Below the pieces are notes generated by a model that saw nothing but the letters and a program-made list of their open reading frames with translations, ran no database searches and was not told the origin of the DNA. The position numbers were made by a program, and so were the translations under genes. From the NCBI RefSeq assembly GCF_009914755.1, contig NC_060925.1: a stretch of 64,000 bases of DNA; one strand, 5' to 3'. The first letter of the stretch is position 1, and each line of letters opens with the position of its first letter. This DNA comes from the human T2T-CHM13v2.0 reference genome, Homo sapiens. Shown here piece after piece: positions 58,820-64,000 of the stretch.

Positions 58820-59027
58820 AAACATGAATGACTAGGGAACTCTATCATATCCTTACCTGAGTTACTTATTTGCACTCTACTTAAGGTCAAAACAATGATA
58901 TAGAGGAAAGAGGAACAACAAGGCAATCCATAATTCCTTTTTTTAGTTTAGTGCTTCTTTTCCTATCACCACTAAGCCAAAGATAGGATAGAAAATGATA
59001 ATAGAACATATCTGTATAAAAAAAGAA

Positions 59028-59880
59028 CAAACAACCCCATCAAAAAGTGGGCGAAGGACATGAACAGACACTTCTCAAAAGAAGACATTTATGCAGCCAA
59101 AAAGACATGAAGAAATGCTCATCATCACTGGCCATCAGAGAAATGCAAATCAAAACCACTATGAGATATCATCTCACACCAGTTAGAATGGCAATCATTA
59201 AAAAGTCAGGAAACAACAGGTGCTGGAGAGGATGCGGAGAAATAGGAACACTTTTACACTGTTGGTGGGACTGTAAACTAGTTCAACCATTGTGGAAGTC
59301 AGTGTGGCGATTCCTCAGGGATCTAGAACTAGAAATACCATTTGACCCAGCCATCCCATTACTGGGTATATACCCAAATGAGTATAAATCATGCTGCTAT
59401 AAAGACACATGCACACGTATGTTTATTGCGGCACTATTCACAATAGCAAAGACTTGGAACCAACCCAAATGTCCAACAATGATAGACTGGATTAAGAAAA
59501 TGTGGCACATATACACCATGGAATACTATGCAGCCATAAAAAATGATGAGTTCATATCCTTTGTAGGGACATGGATGAAATTGGAAACCATCATTCTCAG
59601 TAAACTATCGCAAGAACAAAAAACCAAACACCGCATATTCTCACTCATAGGTGGGAATTGAACAATGAGATCACATGGACACAGGAAGGGGAATATCACA
59701 CTCTGGAGACTGTGGTGGGGTCGGGGGAGGGGGGAGGGATAGCATTGGGAGATATACCTAATGCTAGATGACACATTAGTGGGTGCAGCGCACCAGCATG
59801 GCACATGTATACATATGTAACTAACCTGCACAATGTGCACATGTACCCTAAAACTTAGAGTATAATTAAAAAAAAAAAAA
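59028..59880 (+). mobile_element. 5'-truncated L1HS, Ta (Ta-1) subfamily
   Basis: ACA diagnostic at 59773-59775, G at 59858, and Ta-1 T/G at 59379/59382. Pure A-tail; TSD AAAAAAAGAA (59018-59027, 59881-59890). Confidence 0.92.
59107..59661 (+). pseudogene. L1 ORF2p C-terminal fragment (CCHC zinc knuckle)
   Basis: [18 protein letters not shown]...[18 protein letters not shown]...HRIFSLIGGN-stop. No L1 promoter, and a frameshift just upstream near 59100. Confidence 0.9.
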
Positions 59881-61087
59881 AAAAAAAGAAATAAAAACAT
59901 TTGAGTTTGTTTTGACAGTTTCCACTGTTCCAGTAAGAAGAAAAGACATGAATGTTTGAGCTGTGAAATATAAAATATGTAATTTTGATGAGTCTGCATA
60001 TAATTAAATGCTTTTGTATTCAAATTTAAAGTTGGTATTGCACAACATAAGGATGAATGGTTACATTGATGCTGATAATTAAAAATTTTCATTTTTCTTT
60101 ACTTAGAATGACATTTAATAGCAAATAAATAGCATCACAACAAGTCAAGAGAGAGACCATGGAAGACAAGAAGAAGTTTGATGTTTTAGTGCCTTCAACA
60201 TCACTGTTTTCTCTGCTTTGTGAAAAGGGAGCCCTGCATTTTTATTTTGCACTGAGCCCTGCAAATTGTATAACTAACCCTGGTTCTAGGTGTGCAGAGA
60301 GAGTCACAGAGATGGTGTAAAACGTGAACATTTCCAAGTGGGGGAAGAATGACTGTGAGTATTCACAGTGAGGTCTATGAACTGAAGCTGATCTCTGAAG
60401 TGTTTCATGATGAGATGTTAAGATACAGCAATTCAGAGCATTTGGAAAGATTATAGCAATTTGACAGAATAATTTTATGTCTGTTGAATCTAGTCTGTTT
60501 TAAATTTTTATTGAAAAATAAAAACATTTGGGCTTGTGTTTTGTAGGTATTTGGGATGTCTAATTCATTTTCTAGCAATTCACTTTTTATTCTATCTTAC
60601 AAAAACATCAGATCATAACAGGTGGGAAACTAAAACAAACCAACCAACAAAAACCTGCTCTTTCCTTACAGATCATTTGAGAAGCCTTCATCTCTACCTG
60701 CATTGTAGATTGTACGTGCTTTGTCCACAAGCTGTTTTTGCTTATAGACATATTATTCTGTTTTTGCAGGGATCTGATCTTTTTTGGGACAGATGTTTAT
60801 TTCTTTCTAGAAAGAGTGACAAGGGGTTTCTATTATAGTACAGCTACTTCTGGAAGAAACTGGCCTATAATAATCAAGAATGTCCCTAGTTAACCACAAC
60901 TTCCTCTAATGCTTTCTTTTGCTCCACAGTTCATCTGCTCCCAAATCTGGGTCTATAGAGCCTCCATCCTTTCCTGTCCTCCAATGCTACCCATTCAGCT
61001 TTGCCTGTCCTCATAGTGTGAAGGAAACACCTACAAGAACCTTTGATCGTCTCCCTCTTTCATCCTCCATCTGGATTTGCCAAGTCT

Positions 61088-61245
61088 GGTGGGTTTTCAA
61101 ACCTGGTTATCTGTTACAATCACCTGGGGAGCTTTTTTAAAAAAATTCCTAAACTTCACCTTCAGCTTTTTACTATTATTGCTCTGGGATAGGTCCCAGG
61201 GCACAGCGTTTTATAAAAGCTCCTTTGGAGATTCTAATGGACACG
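61088..61245. mobile_element. MER5-type hAT MITE
   Basis: GTTTTCAAACCTGG...AATCACCTGGGGAGCTTTTTTAAAA...AAGCTCC..GGAGATTCTAATG. Confidence 0.65.
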
Positions 61246-61309
61246 CTCACTGAGGCCCTTGGAAAACTCACTGTTCATTTCCTCTGCAGCTACATTTCTG
61301 CTGTAGTTA

Positions 61310-61500
61310 CATTGTCAGCTACATAATTTGCAGGGTTCAGTGCAAAATATGAATAAAAATGCAGAGCGTTAAAGGTGACATTAAATGTACTGAAGTATAA
61401 ACCCTGTTGATTCCTTCCGTGGGCTCTCTCTTGACTTGTTTTTGATGTTATTTGTTACTTAATGTCATTCTGAGTAAATAAAAATTAAAAATTTTCATTA
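61310..61500 (-). mobile_element. Second MER45-family terminal fragment, inverted relative to the first
   Basis: Its reverse complement aligns by eye with 60080-60282 (AGAATGACATT.., ACAAGTCAAGAGAGAG, TTTTGCACTGA.CCCTGCAAATT). Confidence 0.7.
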
Positions 61501-61699
61501 TTGGTCTTTGGGCTGCAGAACATGATAAACATTTCCACAGTGGACCAATTCCTTCTAATCCTAATGAGGTAATATGGTTCACCTGTATCATCGGGGTTGC
61601 TGGCCATTGCCTGTGCTTATACCCAATGGACCACTATCAGGAAAGACTGCGTGTCTCAGAGAAACCTGTTCCAACAGGATTGCCTAGGGGATGGTGACT

Positions 61700-62395
<696 letters not shown>

Positions 62396-62419
62396 ACAAA
62401 TCAGATTTTCTACAGTACC

Positions 62420-64000
<1,581 letters not shown>

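Larger units (their letters stand above)
58085..60282 (+). mobile_element. MER45B-like hAT-Tip100 non-autonomous transposon, split by an Alu and an L1HS
   Basis: GTGAAGTCTGATGGGACAATG..., AGAAAGAAGGCAATGACATTCTAAGAAAC, and terminal TTTTGCACTGAGCCCTGCAAATTG...CCCTG. The sequence resumes collinearly after each insertion. Confidence 0.75.

Noticed and set aside
59526-60092. 188-aa minus-strand ORF
   Set aside because: It is antisense read-through of the L1 3' UTR, polyA tail and flank, with no independent coding signal.

Overview
This is human genomic DNA: primate Alu, ERV1/ERVK LTR and Hsmar1 repeats are present, plus a human-specific L1HS-Ta copy. I recognise no protein-coding exon, and the recognisable ORFs in the track come from repeats, so the window looks like a gene desert or large intron. 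I cannot name the locus. (1) 189-10399 is a complete MER4-type ERV1 provirus with two LTRs, a 4-bp TSD, a tRNA-Arg-like PBS and a PPT. It carries four nested insertions: an ERVK solo LTR, a full-length Hsmar1 mariner, an LTR1-family solo LTR and an AluY. (2) About 11.6-23 kb, 35.5-37.8 kb and 50.2-54.3 kb are repeat-poor unique DNA with locally retained CpGs and dense PBX/HOX/MEIS/SOX/nuclear-receptor motifs. These are candidate developmental enhancers and possibly lncRNA exons. (3) The rest is old L1M/L2/MIR/MaLR/hAT fossils and about 18 Alu-family elements. (4) A 5'-truncated L1HS Ta-1 insertion at about 59.0-59.9 kb, probably polymorphic, sits inside a MER45B hAT element. I found no clearly novel biological system; the best leads are the mariner-in-provirus composite, the Ta-1 L1 and the enhancer-like islands. 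Repeat subfamily names come from recalled consensus sequences and need RepeatMasker/Dfam confirmation.
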